Numbered from the stretch's first letter, positions 20,197-31,248 are shown. The stretch: DNA of 64,000 nucleotides from Candidatus Marinacidobacterales bacterium (GCA_965219415.1 CBDCNP010000002.1:2752001-2816000), one strand, 5' to 3'. Numbers and translations: made by a program. The notes: generated from the letters alone by a model not told the origin.

Positions 20197-21267
20197 TCAA
20201 AGATGCCTCCGAGATCGCCGCTCTCCCCCCTCCCCCAGCCGCAGCTCCACCTCCGCGTTGAGGTCGGGGCCCGAGAACTCGCCTCTCTGAAACTTGAGGT
20301 AACCGGCGGCGGCGATCATGGCCGCATTGTCGGTCGACAGGGCTAGGCTCGGAAAGACAATCGGGATCTTCAGTTTCTCACTCTGTCGACCGAACTCGGA
20401 CCGGAGCTGACGATTGGCGGCCACCCCTCCCGACACGAGAATGGCGCGTGCGTTCACGCGGCGTGAAACTCGTTTGGTGGTAGAAACCAAGGCGTCCACC
20501 ACCGCCTTCTGAAAGCTGGCGGCTAGGTCGAGCACGTCGGTCCGACCCATGGGATCCTCGGCTTCGGCCACCGGATCGATACCGTGCTCCCGGATCGCGC
20601 GCAGCACGGCGGTCTTCAACCCACTGAAGCTGAAGTCATCGCTACCATCCGAGATCTTCGCGACAGGAAGAGGAATCTTCTTGGAGTCACCGTGCTCCGC
20701 CAGCCGATCGATCACCGGGCCACCTGGATATCCGAGGCCCAGGCGCTTCGCGACCTTGTCGTAGGCTTCGCCGGCCGCGTCGTCTCGCGTCTTTCCGACC
20801 AGCTCGTAACGGGCTTCCTCCTCCATTAAATACAAGCCGGTGTGGCCACCTGAAACGACGAGCGATACCGCGGGATGAGGGACCGGTTCCGACTCGTCCC
20901 TCTCCATGTAGGCGGAGCGGATGTGACCTTCCAGGTGATCGACGGCGACGAGGGGAATGTCGCGTGCGTAAGCGATCGACTTTCCGAAGCAGAGCCCCAC
21001 CAGTAGCGAACCGACCAGACCCGGGCCCTGAGTCACAGCAACCGCGTCGATTTGTGACAGCTCCACTCCTGCTTCCCGAAGCGCACCGTCGACAACCGGC
21101 CCAATGTGCGAAAGGTGCTGGCGAGAAGCGATCTCCGGGACGACACCACCGTAGGGACGATGAACCTCTACTTGAGAAGCGATGCGGTTGGAGAGAATCC
21201 GGCGCCCGTCCTCGACGACGGCCGCAGACGTCTCATCGCAGGAGCTTTCGACCCCGAGGATGAGCAC
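20197..21267 (-). CDS. tsaD: tRNA N6-threonylcarbamoyltransferase TsaD
   Basis: GVESSCDET, GGVVPEIASRQH, VSGGHT, DDAAGEAYDK, TDNAAMIA. Confidence 0.96.
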   Translation of the reverse strand: MLILGVESSCDETSAAVVEDGRRILSNRIASQVEVHRPYGGVVPEIASRQHLSHIGPVVDGALREAGVELSQIDAVAVTQGPGLVGSLLVGLCFGKSIAYARDIPLVAVDHLEGHIRSAYMERDESEPVPHPAVSLVVSGGHTGLYLMEEEARYELVGKTRDDAAGEAYDKVAKRLGLGYPGGPVIDRLAEHGDSKKIPLPVAKISDGSDDFSFSGLKTAVLRAIREHGIDPVAEAEDPMGRTDVLDLAASFQKAVVDALVSTTKRVSRRVNARAILVSGGVAANRQLRSEFGRQSEKLKIPIVFPSLALSTDNAAMIAAAGYLKFQRGEFSGPDLNAEVELRLGEGGERRSRRHL

Positions 21268-21273
21268 GAAGCT

Positions 21274-22398
21274 TCAGGCAGCCGCTACTTTGTTGGCGAG
21301 CTTTCTCAGAACATCTGCGAAGGGCGAGCGGGCGATACCATTCTCGCAGACGATCGCGGTGACGTACCGGTTCGGGGTCACGTCGAAGGCGGGGTTCTCG
21401 ACCCCTATGCCGTCGGGCGCGATCTGCACTCCCTGGAAGTGAGTGACTTCTTCGGAGCTGCGTTGCTCGATAGGGATTTGATCCCCAGAGGAGATACTAA
21501 GATCGAACGTGCTGGTCGGAGCTACTGCGTAGAAGGGAATCTTGTGCTCACGTGCGAGGACGGCCACCGAGTAGGTTCCGATCTTGTTGGCAACATCGCC
21601 ATTGGCCGCAATCCGATCCGAGCCCACTACAACCATATCGATCTTTTTCTTGGCCATGAGGTGGCCGGCCATGTTGTCGGTAATGAGGGTAACCGGGATC
21701 CCATCCTTGGCGAGCTCCCACGTCGTCAGTCGCGCCCCTTGCAGGAATGGACGCGTCTCATCGGCGTAGACTTCGACCTTTTTGCCGGCCTCAACCGCGG
21801 CACGGACCATTCCCAGGGCGGTTCCGTAGCCGGCCGTGGCGAGCGCGCCGGCGTTACAATGCGTCAAGATCCGCGCGCCGTCGGGCACGAGGTCGGCGCC
21901 GTGCTTACCCATGCGACGGTTGATGGCAATGTCTTCGTTCAAGATTTTGATCGCTTCCTGCTCAAGCCCTTCTACGAGACGGGACGAGCCTTCCGGAATG
22001 AGCTCTTCGAAGCGCGACTTCATTCTCTCGATCGCCCAAAATAGGTTGACCGCCGTCGGTCGCGTCCCGCGCATGAGCTCGCACACTCGATCCATGGATG
22101 CGCGCAGCGTTTTTTCGTCCTTGGATGACGACTGCGACGCTAGTGACGTCAATTTCAGGCCTAGAGCGATACCCATCGCCGCGGTGACGCCAATCGCGGG
22201 AGCTCCGCGCACCACCATATCTTTGATGGCGGCGGCGACCTCTTCCGCGGTCCGACAACTGAGGTACTCTTCGCGAGTGGGGAGAATCCTCTGATCCAGC
22301 AAGGCGACCGCGTCGCCTTCCCAACGAATGGTATCCAACAAAGCTGTATTACCTCCGGTTACACGAGGATCATACAAAGGAGGCCCTGCGCAATGCAA
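21274..22398 (-). CDS. mtnA: Methylthioribose-1-phosphate isomerase
   Basis: [45 protein letters not shown]; true start probably ~22340. Confidence 0.95.
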   Translation of the reverse strand: MHCAGPPLYDPRVTGGNTALLDTIRWEGDAVALLDQRILPTREEYLSCRTAEEVAAAIKDMVVRGAPAIGVTAAMGIALGLKLTSLASQSSSKDEKTLRASMDRVCELMRGTRPTAVNLFWAIERMKSRFEELIPEGSSRLVEGLEQEAIKILNEDIAINRRMGKHGADLVPDGARILTHCNAGALATAGYGTALGMVRAAVEAGKKVEVYADETRPFLQGARLTTWELAKDGIPVTLITDNMAGHLMAKKKIDMVVVGSDRIAANGDVANKIGTYSVAVLAREHKIPFYAVAPTSTFDLSISSGDQIPIEQRSSEEVTHFQGVQIAPDGIGVENPAFDVTPNRYVTAIVCENGIARSPFADVLRKLANKVAAA

Positions 22399-22416
22399 CC
22401 GAACCGCCTACGTCTC

Positions 22417-23286
22417 TTAGACCCGAGCGGCCTCGAGTAGACGGATAACCCTCTCTCCATAAACCACCTTGCCCAGAGGCCAGCACTGCGCGTGAGCCGC
22501 ACCGGCAATCACCAGGTGATCCGCCGGTCCTACCGCCTCGCCAAGGAAGCGGCTCCCGACTTCAGGAGTCATGGCGTGGATCCTCGGCGCCGCTCACCAA
22601 CATCAGCGGGCGCTCGCCCAAGGATTTGACCGCATCGCCGACAGACACTCGAAAGAGATTGAACCCCGTCTTCACGGAAGCCATGGCCAGACTCAGAGGC
22701 ACCAGCGGAAATTGCGGCACGCGAAAACGCAGGCGAACCGTATCCGCCACAACTCGATAAAGCCTTTCGTAGCTCGACTCGGCGACGACCCCCACAATTC
22801 GAGGTTCTTCGGCGGCGGCGAGGAGGGCGGTTGCCGCGCCCTTCGAAATCCCCCAGAGCACGAATCGATCGCCGCGACTCCGCTCGCTCAGCATTCGAAT
22901 GGCCTCGACGAGGTCTCGCGCTTCCAGGGGGCCAAGAGAAACCTTTGCCGCAGCGCTTTCCCCGTGGCCTCTTTGGTCGTAGATGAGGCTCGGATAGCCC
23001 CGATCGAATAGGAAGCGAGCCTGGTCGAGGTAGGAGCCCGTGTTGTCGGTGTAACCGTGGAGAATCACCACCGGAGGCTTGTGAAGCTCGGGCCCGATCA
23101 ACCATCCCATCAACCGTAATCCATCATGGGAAGCGAACGTGACCCACTCGAACGGCAACCCCGCATCGGTAGGTGTGAAATCCGTCGGTTTATTTCTGGG
23201 AGGGTGAAATGAGAAGCTCGGCGAAGGAGGTAGGACAGTCCCAACAACAACGCCAGGACGACTCCTGCGACGAACAGGAGCGTCAT
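22417..23286 (-). CDS. Alpha/beta hydrolase with N-terminal TM (two apparent frameshifts)
   Basis: LHGY, DQRGHGES, GISKG nucleophile elbow; C-terminal IAGAAH and the N-terminus lie in shifted frames. Confidence 0.75.
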
Positions 23287-23313
23287 GATTTTGGGGGAAT
23301 CGGATGGATCGGG

Positions 23314-24237
23314 CTAGCTGTTATAGACGAAAGTGATCCAGTTCCGGTAGCCCTCGAGCTCGCCCAGGGTTGCAGCACGGTATCGTTCGCTGAGCTTCGC
23401 AGTGATCGAACCGGTCTTTCCGTTGGCCACCATCCGCCGATCGATGCTCCTCACACTGACCAGTTTGGCGGCTGTTCCACAGATGAAGGCCTCATCGGCC
23501 ACGTAGAGCTCGGAGCGGTCAACGGGTCGCTCCTGGACTTCGATCCCCAGACTCTTCTCCGCTAGCTCCATGAGGCTGGCACGGGTGATGCCCTCCAAGA
23601 CGTTCGCCGTGACAGGGGTCGTGATCAACCGACCGTCGCGTACCAGAAAGAGGTTCATTCCCGGAGCTTCGGAGACGTGGCCGTCCTCATTTAGGAAGAT
23701 CGCCTCGTCGAACCCGTTGCTGCGAGCTTCGTCCCCCGCCAGACAGCTATTGACGTAGGCCCCGTTGATCTTGGCCCGGCCGGGGATGGCATTGTCCTCG
23801 ATCCGCCTCCAAGAGGAAACGGCGAGGTCGATCCCTTCCGTCTTGCTGAGATAAGTCCCCATCGAGGCGAAAAAGATCGTGAGGTCTTGATTCTCGAACA
23901 ACGTGACGCCGAAGCGACGGTCCGACTTGTAGAGGACCGGTCGGATGTACAAATCGCAGCGCAGCTCGTTCTTGCGGATTAGGTCGACGGTCAGGGAGGC
24001 CAACTCATCCACCGGCCGAGGCAGGCTCATCTTGAGGATGTGGGCGTTGGTAGCCAGGCGCTCGTAATGCTCTCTCAACCGAAAGACGTAAACATCGCTC
24101 TTCGTCTCGTCCCAAAAGCCACGGATTCCATCGAACACAGCGGTCCCGTAGAGAAAACCGTGGGTGGCAACCGAGACACGCGCTTCCGCGAAAGGAACTA
24201 CTTTACCTTCGAAGTAGGCGTACTTGGCGAAATACAC
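23314..24237 (-). CDS. ilvE: Branched-chain amino acid aminotransferase
   Basis: HGFLYGTAVFDGIR, AKINGAY, LEGITR, EAFICGTAA. Confidence 0.9.
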   Translation of the reverse strand: MYFAKYAYFEGKVVPFAEARVSVATHGFLYGTAVFDGIRGFWDETKSDVYVFRLREHYERLATNAHILKMSLPRPVDELASLTVDLIRKNELRCDLYIRPVLYKSDRRFGVTLFENQDLTIFFASMGTYLSKTEGIDLAVSSWRRIEDNAIPGRAKINGAYVNSCLAGDEARSNGFDEAIFLNEDGHVSEAPGMNLFLVRDGRLITTPVTANVLEGITRASLMELAEKSLGIEVQERPVDRSELYVADEAFICGTAAKLVSVRSIDRRMVANGKTGSITAKLSERYRAATLGELEGYRNWITFVYNS

Positions 24238-24334
24238 TTCATCCTCCTGGCGCCGGCTGGCTCTGTCCCCCAGTTCGACGCCGTGGGCCCTCTCGCAGTC
24301 TAGCCCGTGAGCGAGAGAGCCCCAAGGGAATTCG

Positions 24335-24670
24335 TCACGGCGTCGCAGGCCACTTCACGAACAAGATACTGAGCGAGATGACGAATACGTAAATCACGAG
24401 CGATTCGATCAGCACCACGCCCAACAGAAAGGCGAAGCGGATCTGAGGAGCGGCGCCGGGGTTTCTAGAGATCGCTTCACAGGCGGCAGCCGCGGCCTTG
24501 CCTTGGGAATAGGCGCCGAAAGCGGCGGCGAAGGCCAAGGCTCCGGCGCCCGCGATCAAGGCCCACTCGGTGACGCCGGACGTCCAAATCCCCTCCCCTT
24601 GCGCATACGCGGGAGTTCCCATCATCAGAAAGACCAGCGACCCGAAAGCCGCCAACAATATCCTTTTCAC
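24335..24670 (-). CDS. atpE: ATP synthase Fo subunit c
   Basis: QGKAAAAACEAISRNP, LIESLVIY. Confidence 0.93.
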   Translation of the reverse strand: MKRILLAAFGSLVFLMMGTPAYAQGEGIWTSGVTEWALIAGAGALAFAAAFGAYSQGKAAAAACEAISRNPGAAPQIRFAFLLGVVLIESLVIYVFVISLSILFVKWPATP

Positions 24671-24735
24671 CAGAATATCCTCCTTTCGCAGTCAACGAAT
24701 AGCTCAAGCTCGGCGAGCACCAACGTATTGCACGA

Positions 24736-25416
24736 TCAATGTTCTTCCATGGCCACGGCGCCACCGAGGTAAATCATGGTCAGCATGACGAAGACGAAGG
24801 CTTGCAGAATACTTCCAAATACGGCGAAGGCCATCATGGGTAGCGGAATCAAGAACGGAACAAGGCTCGCCAGCACGAGAATCACGAGCTCTTCGCCAAA
24901 GATGTTGCCGAAGAGCCGCATCGACAAGGACAGGACGCGGCTAATGTGACTGATGATCTCGATGGGAAGCATGATGATCGCCATGGGAAGCACCGGCCCG
25001 AGAAAGTGCTTCAGATACGGTAAGAGCCCTTGCGCTAGCACTCCCTGGTAATTGTAGTAAAGGAACGACACCAGAGCGCAACCGACGGGTACGTTCAGGT
25101 TCGTGGTGGGAGACGATAATCCTGGTACCAAGCCCGCCAGATTGCACGTCAATATGAACAGCCCGAGAGTGCCGACCAAGCTCAAGAACTTGGGCCCCTT
25201 GGGGCCGACGTTCTCTTTGAGCATACCAATCAACCCGCCCACCGTGGCTTCCAGGACCAACTGCAGACGCCCTGGTTCCTCGACGCGAATGCGCGAGCGA
25301 AACCACACCGCCCCCACCATCAACAGTAATCCGATGAAAACGGCCATGAGGACATGGTCCGGAACAGCCTCGTGAACGAGGCCGAAGAGGAACGATTTGT
25401 GTTCGAGTTCTTCCAT
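24736..25416 (-). CDS. atpB: ATP synthase Fo subunit a
   Basis: SPTTNLN, LSLSMRLFGN, LQAFVFVMLT. Confidence 0.95.
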   Translation of the reverse strand: MEELEHKSFLFGLVHEAVPDHVLMAVFIGLLLMVGAVWFRSRIRVEEPGRLQLVLEATVGGLIGMLKENVGPKGPKFLSLVGTLGLFILTCNLAGLVPGLSSPTTNLNVPVGCALVSFLYYNYQGVLAQGLLPYLKHFLGPVLPMAIIMLPIEIISHISRVLSLSMRLFGNIFGEELVILVLASLVPFLIPLPMMAFAVFGSILQAFVFVMLTMIYLGGAVAMEEH

Positions 25417-25519
25417 ACAAAAAATCAGCCGCACGCACCTGGCGGCGGCGATCTGACTTTAGTTGCTTGGGTTCGGAAGCCCGGCTAAACCTGGTCAAGC
25501 CCGGAGGCGCCGGGAGTGG

Positions 25520-25918
25520 TCAATCTTGGGCGCGCCCCTCGTACGCTTCGAAGACCCACTCAAAAAATATGGCCGCTACCGGGGCCGATAGACCCAAGCT
25601 TACGGCCACCACGTTTGCATTCCAAACAGCGAATATAACATACAGCGCCGCTCCCAACAAGGCGTAGCGCAGCGCGAAACCGAGTACCGCCAGCTTGGCA
25701 CCCCGTCTCGCGCTCGGCTGTGCCACTCGGCCCAGCACCCAGCTCAGGGCGCTGTAGTTTACGAGGGCGATGAGCCCTCCCGCCGCGACTGACACGGCGA
25801 AATCGACTCCCCCCAGAAGCCCCAAGCCCGTGGCGAGACAGGCAAGGCCAACCGCGAGCCAACCGACTCGGCGTTCCGCAGCGGCCGGAGGTACCGGCCC
25901 CTGGTCACGGGGTCCCAT
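25520..25918 (-). CDS. atpI: ATP synthase protein I-like membrane protein
   Basis: Four-TM ORF directly upstream of atpB. Confidence 0.75.
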   Translation of the reverse strand: MGPRDQGPVPPAAAERRVGWLAVGLACLATGLGLLGGVDFAVSVAAGGLIALVNYSALSWVLGRVAQPSARRGAKLAVLGFALRYALLGAALYVIFAVWNANVVAVSLGLSAPVAAIFFEWVFEAYEGRAQD

Positions 25919-26132
25919 CAAGCTTCTTGAGCACGCGGAAGAGGTTGATGAACGGGGCCGCGATCCCGAAACAAAGGAAGACGAACGAGAGCCACGGAAA
26001 CGTACCCAGCCAGTGGTCCAAGTAATAGCCGGCCGCGGCCCCAAAGGTGATGGAAATGGGGAACATCAGCCCTACGGTGGAAAGCAGCGCGAGTTTCTGA
26101 AATCTCCCTCCGGAGTCGGAAGGCTTCGGCAT
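25905..26132 (-). CDS. AtpZ/AtpI-family small membrane protein
   Basis: GYYLDHWLGTFPW motif upstream of Fo genes. Confidence 0.85.
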   Translation of the reverse strand: MPKPSDSGGRFQKLALLSTVGLMFPISITFGAAAGYYLDHWLGTFPWLSFVFLCFGIAAPFINLFRVLKKLDGTP

Positions 26133-26194
26133 GATGCCTCTCAACGGCCTGGCAGGCGAGGCTGCCGATCGCGTTGCAGGATTCTAGCGGTCGT

Positions 26195-27769
26195 TTATTG
26201 GTCCGGGCCGCTCGGCTCGACGGCCTTCACGGTTCGAAACGCTGGGGCCTCGGCCGCTTGAATGGGTGATGCCTCGATCTTCTCTACGATCGCTCGAACC
26301 GGAACCTCGAGACGTTTGAGGAAGGGCGCGGGGTAGACGCCAATCCAGATGCAAAAGGCGATGATCGGAATGAGCGTCCAGCGTTCGCGCCAATCCAGGT
26401 CCTTAAGCTTCATGTTCTCCGGCTGGTCCAGCTTGCCGAACATCGTCCTCTGATAGAGCCAGAGCAGGTAGGCCGCTCCGAGAACAATCCCCAACACTGC
26501 AAATGCCGCCCACCACGGTTCGACGGCGAACGCTCCTTGCAGAATCATGAACTCCCCGATAAAACCGTTCAGCAGGGGCAGCCCCAATGAGGCCAACGCA
26601 ATGACGAGGAACATCGCTGCGAAGACCGGCACGACCTTGGCAAGTCCTCCAAAGTCAGCGATCTCACGGGTGTGACGCCGCTCGTAAATAAGGCCCACCG
26701 TCAAGAAGAGGCCGCCGGTTGAGAGTCCATGGTTGATCATCTGCAGGATCCCACCCTGAAGGCCGATCTCGTTCAAGGCGAAGATCCCCAGCATCACGAA
26801 ACCCAAGTGACTTACCGAGCTGTACGCAACCAGCTTCTTCCAATCGCTCTGTACCAACGCCACCATGGCGCCGTATACGATTCCGATGATGGCCAGCAGA
26901 ACCATCCACCAGACCGCATCCTTGCTTGCGTCCGGTAAGAGAGGAAGCGAGAAACGAACGAAACCGTACGTCCCCATCTTCAGGAGCACACCGGCCAGGA
27001 TCACCGAGCCCGCAGTAGGTGCTTCCACGTGCGCATCGGGAAGCCAGGTGTGAAAAGGAAACATCGGGACTTTGATGGCGAACCCGACGAAAAAGGCCAA
27101 GAACACCCAGAACTGGAGATCAGCGGGGAGTCCGATGTGCATGAGCTGCTCGACGTCGAACGTGTAGACCCCGGTCTGGGCATAGTAGTAAAAGTAGAGC
27201 GCCAAAATGCCGAGCAGCATCAACACACTTCCCACCAACGTGTACAAGAAGAACTTGATGGCGGCGTAGAGCTTTCGAGGTCCACCCCAAACACCAATGA
27301 GGAAGTACATCGGGACCAGCATCACTTCCCAAAAGACGTAAAAGAGAAAGAAGTCCAAGGCCACGAAGACGCCCAGCATTCCCGTTTGGAGGAGAAGCAT
27401 CATCACGTAAAACTCTTTGACTCTCTCGGTGATGGCCTTCCACGCAGACAGAATCGCGATGAAACCGAGCATCGTCGTGAGTAAGATGAGCAGCAGACTG
27501 ATCCCGTCGATTCCCAGGAAATACTGGACGCCGATGCTCGGGATCCAATCGTGGCGTTCCTTAAACTGGAACTGCGGCCCATTGGGATCGAAAGAGAACC
27601 AGAGCGGCAACGAAATGGCGAACCCGGCAAATCCGAAGATGTTCGCGAGCCAACGAACCAGATCCTCTTGGTGTTTCTTGGTGAAGAAGAGGATGATGAG
27701 GCCCCCGACGCCGGGAAGAAAAACGACCCAGGATAGGATTGGCCAACCGAGCGGATTGTTCTCGAGCAT
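26195..27769 (-). CDS. nuoM: NADH-quinone oxidoreductase subunit M
   Basis: FWEVMLVPMYFLIG, KVPMFPFHTWLPDAHVEAP, AYSSVSH. Confidence 0.95.
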   Translation of the reverse strand: MLENNPLGWPILSWVVFLPGVGGLIILFFTKKHQEDLVRWLANIFGFAGFAISLPLWFSFDPNGPQFQFKERHDWIPSIGVQYFLGIDGISLLLILLTTMLGFIAILSAWKAITERVKEFYVMMLLLQTGMLGVFVALDFFLFYVFWEVMLVPMYFLIGVWGGPRKLYAAIKFFLYTLVGSVLMLLGILALYFYYYAQTGVYTFDVEQLMHIGLPADLQFWVFLAFFVGFAIKVPMFPFHTWLPDAHVEAPTAGSVILAGVLLKMGTYGFVRFSLPLLPDASKDAVWWMVLLAIIGIVYGAMVALVQSDWKKLVAYSSVSHLGFVMLGIFALNEIGLQGGILQMINHGLSTGGLFLTVGLIYERRHTREIADFGGLAKVVPVFAAMFLVIALASLGLPLLNGFIGEFMILQGAFAVEPWWAAFAVLGIVLGAAYLLWLYQRTMFGKLDQPENMKLKDLDWRERWTLIPIIAFCIWIGVYPAPFLKRLEVPVRAIVEKIEASPIQAAEAPAFRTVKAVEPSGPDQ

Positions 27770-27785
27770 CGAGCGAGTCCTTCCC

Positions 27786-29891
27786 TTAAATCAAGAAAAA
27801 ATATGCGCCAACCAAGACGAAGATGCCCACTAGCATCACCAGGGCGTAGTTTTGAACCAAACCGGTCTGGAGGCGACGGAAGATTCCGGACAAGCTTGCC
27901 AGCATGGAACCCACCCCGTTCACCGCGCCATCTACGAAATTCATGTCGAAGAAGTTGGAAATATAGCTGATGATCAGCGTTCCTAGAGCCGACCCGTTGA
28001 CCGCGCCGTCGACGACCTTCGCGTCGAACACGTACAATCCCTTGCCCGCGTTCAAGGTCCCTTGTACAAACGCCTTATCGTAGCCCTCATCGACGTAGTA
28101 CTTGTTGTAGAGCCACCGATGGGCGACGGGCCATGCCTCCGCCATCGCCTTCGGCTTTTCGGGTCGTCGGACGTAGAAAGTGTAGGCAAGGAAAAGACCG
28201 AAGCCCGCGACCGCGATGGAAATGAGAGCGAACAGAATCTCCGTGCTAGCCGCACCGTGGTGAGCCGCCTCCGCGCCCGCCCCTGCCTCAGAGGCCGCGG
28301 CGTGCGTCCCCGCCATGATGGCCGGCTCGAGGAAACCCTCGATTCTGTTCGAACCGCCGAAGGCGTGCGGCACACCGACGTAACCGGCAAGGATCGATCC
28401 GGCAGCCAACAGAATGAGCGGCCAGGTCATGACGGCGGGAGACTCATGGAGATGAGACTCCATCTTCTCGCCACCTCGAAATTTCCCGAAGAACGTCATC
28501 AAGACTTGTCGCCCCATGTAGAAGGCGGTCATTCCGGCAGCAACCAAGCCGATGAGCCAAAGAGCCCAATGCCCGTGTGAGCCGCTCCACGCCTTCCACA
28601 AGATCTCGTCCTTGCTAAAAAAGCCCGCCGTCAGCGGCACGCCGGAAAGGGCGGCGGTGGCGATCATGAAGGTGAGACCGGTCTTGGGCATGTGACGGTA
28701 GAGCCCGCCCATGTTCCGCATGTCCTGCATCTCGGTGTAGGTTCGATGTCCACCCGACTCATGCTCCGCATGCTCCATGGAATGAATAGCGCTACCCGAC
28801 CCCAAGAATAGGCAGGCCTTGAAGAAGGCGTGTGTCATCAGATGGAAGACCGCGGCGCCAAAGGCACCGACCCCGCAGGCCAGGAACATGTAGCCGAGCT
28901 GCGAAACGGTGGAGTAGGCAAGTACTCTCTTGATGTCGTTTTGCACTAAACCGATGGAGGCCGCGAAGATCGCCGTCAGCGCGCCCACCACCGCGACCAC
29001 CGCGAGCGCTGCCGGTGCGTGCTCGAAGAGCACCCCGCACCGCGCCACCATATAGACACCGGCGGTCACCATAGTAGCAGCGTGTATCAGCGCCGACACC
29101 GGCGTCGGGCCTTCCATGGCGTCGGGCAGCCAAACGTAAAGAGGAATTTGGGCCGATTTGCCGGCAGCGCCGACGAAAAGCAAAATACCTATTACCGACA
29201 GGAGCCCGAAGCCGACCTCGGGTTGAGTAAACCGATCCGCGATCGCGCCCATCACCGCATAGAAATCGAGCGACCCGAAGTTGACGAATATCAGCATCAT
29301 CGCCAAAAGGAATCCCGCGTCACCGATGCGGTTGACGATGAAGGCCTTCTTCCCGGCGTCGGCAGCCGATTTCCTCTCGAACCAAAATCCGATGAGCAAG
29401 TACGAGCAGAGCCCCACACCTTCCCACCCGATGAACAGCAGCAGGAAGTTCGCGCCCAGCACGAGATTAAGCATGAAGAAGCTGAACAGGTTCAGATAGG
29501 AGAAGTAGCGAGCGTGGCCCTCGTCGTGAGCCATATAGCCGATGGAATAGACATGGATGAGAAATCCGACGCCGGTGACGACCAACGTCATCACCATGGA
29601 GAGAGAATCCAGTCGATACTCCCAGGCGATGTTCAGATTGGCAAGCGACCCGTCCACCATGGGGACGCCCATTCCCGGAATCCAAGTGAAGAGCTTGATC
29701 TTCTCGACGGCGGTGCCCCCGCCCGACCAGAAGATTCCGAAGAAGCTACTGAGAGCGAGGAGGAACGACGCGCCGATGCTTCCGCAGGCAACGGCGGATA
29801 CCACGGGCTTCGGGAATCGCTTGCCCAGAAGCCCGTTGATGGCAGCGCCGAGTCCGGGCAGGAGCGGAATCAACCAGAAGAGTTCACTCAC
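27786..29891 (-). CDS. nuoL: NADH-quinone oxidoreductase subunit L (extended C-terminal helix)
   Basis: GWEGVGLCSYLLIGFW, WLPDAMEGPTPVSALIHAATMV, THAFFKA, duplicated VDGAVNG, QTG. Confidence 0.95.
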   Translation of the reverse strand: MSELFWLIPLLPGLGAAINGLLGKRFPKPVVSAVACGSIGASFLLALSSFFGIFWSGGGTAVEKIKLFTWIPGMGVPMVDGSLANLNIAWEYRLDSLSMVMTLVVTGVGFLIHVYSIGYMAHDEGHARYFSYLNLFSFFMLNLVLGANFLLLFIGWEGVGLCSYLLIGFWFERKSAADAGKKAFIVNRIGDAGFLLAMMLIFVNFGSLDFYAVMGAIADRFTQPEVGFGLLSVIGILLFVGAAGKSAQIPLYVWLPDAMEGPTPVSALIHAATMVTAGVYMVARCGVLFEHAPAALAVVAVVGALTAIFAASIGLVQNDIKRVLAYSTVSQLGYMFLACGVGAFGAAVFHLMTHAFFKACLFLGSGSAIHSMEHAEHESGGHRTYTEMQDMRNMGGLYRHMPKTGLTFMIATAALSGVPLTAGFFSKDEILWKAWSGSHGHWALWLIGLVAAGMTAFYMGRQVLMTFFGKFRGGEKMESHLHESPAVMTWPLILLAAGSILAGYVGVPHAFGGSNRIEGFLEPAIMAGTHAAASEAGAGAEAAHHGAASTEILFALISIAVAGFGLFLAYTFYVRRPEKPKAMAEAWPVAHRWLYNKYYVDEGYDKAFVQGTLNAGKGLYVFDAKVVDGAVNGSALGTLIISYISNFFDMNFVDGAVNGVGSMLASLSGIFRRLQTGLVQNYALVMLVGIFVLVGAYFFLI

Positions 29892-30074
29892 AATTTGGCG
29901 TTATGTGCGAAGAGAATGCGCTCTATAAACTTCGAGGAGGCCTCCCCATCTCTAGGACGGTGGCCTCCCCTACAGTCGAAACGTCGCGGATCTATAGCAT
30001 GCGGCCGAATTCATTGTCAAGTATCGGATTGGGCTTACCTACTGATGGACAATAGGTTCTGGTGGCTTCCGGGC

Positions 30075-30867
30075 CTAGAAAACACCCCTGACAAAGCCCC
30101 CATCCACCTGGATGCAGGTTCCTGTGATGTAGCTCGCCTTCTCCGAAACCAAGAATGCGACTAGAGCCGCCAGTTCTTCCGGCTCCCCTAGCCTCCCCAT
30201 CGGAACCGCGCTGGTCCACTTCCGATGGATCGCCTCCGGGTCGGTCCCGTCGCGTTTCGCCATTTGCGAGGCAAGCTCCTCGAGTCGCTCGGTTCGCGTG
30301 AAGCCCGGGCACACGACGTTGACGAGAACACCGTCCGGCGCGAGCTCCGAGGCCATGGACTTGGCGAGGCCCACGACTCCGAGCCGAGACGTATTCGAGA
30401 TGACTAGCCCGTCGATCGGTTGCTTGGCGGAGACCGAGGCGATCACGACCACCCTTCCCCAACCGTGGCTCTTCATCGAAGGCACAACGGCGCGCGACAA
30501 CAGGATGGTCGAGAGAAGATTGAGCTCCAACCCCCGGCGCCATTCTTCGACCTCGGTATCGACGAACCGTGTCGAAGGAGGACCTCCGGCGTTGGCGACG
30601 AGAATGTCCACGCGACCGAAACGTTCGAGGGCCGCGTCGACTAGCGCATCGACTTCGTTCTCTTTTGTTACGTCAGTGGGTTTTGCAACGATCTCGACAC
30701 CGGAGCTCTTCTGGATAGCAGCCTCGGCGACCTCGAGATCAACGGAGGAGCGGGCACAAAGAACCAGGTTTCACGTGCTCGGCGGCGAGAGCCTCGGCCA
30801 CCGCACGACCGAGTCCTCGACTGGCACCAGCAACCAAAGCCACCTTGCCGGCGAGGCCGAGCTCCAC
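30075..30867 (-). CDS. SDR family oxidoreductase (frameshift ~30770)
   Basis: GKVALVAGASRGLG in the upstream frame; DILVANAGGP, VNVVCPG, VDGG. Confidence 0.85.
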
Positions 30868-30906
30868 GTTTCGAACCTCCGGTGCTGAGACGAGGGGGGA
30901 GAAAAG

Positions 30907-31248
30907 CTAGCTGTACTGCTTTTCTTTACAGTCGATACACACTTTGGTCCAAGGCACTGCGTTCAAGCGAGCCGCCGCGATCTCTTCCTCGCAGTCGATG
31001 CAGATCCCGTAAGTTCCCGACTCGATCCGCTGAAGAGCGACCTCGATGGCCCTCAGTAGCTTGGTGTCCGTTTGCTTGAGCTGAATGCTGATCTCTTCTT
31101 CGTTCGCCGCGGCGGAGCGATCCGCAAAGTCTCCGTGGCCATCCGTATTCGAGCCTTCGGTGAGTACAGCTCGACCCACCGATTGCTCGAGCTCCATCTT
31201 CTTTCCAAGAAGAATTTTCTTGTACTGCGTAAGTTCTGTTTTCTTCAT
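30907..31248 (-). CDS. TraR/DksA family zinc-finger regulator
   Basis: DFAD coiled-coil tip, YGICIDC...CIDC. Confidence 0.9.
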   Translation of the reverse strand: MKKTELTQYKKILLGKKMELEQSVGRAVLTEGSNTDGHGDFADRSAAANEEEISIQLKQTDTKLLRAIEVALQRIESGTYGICIDCEEEIAAARLNAVPWTKVCIDCKEKQYS

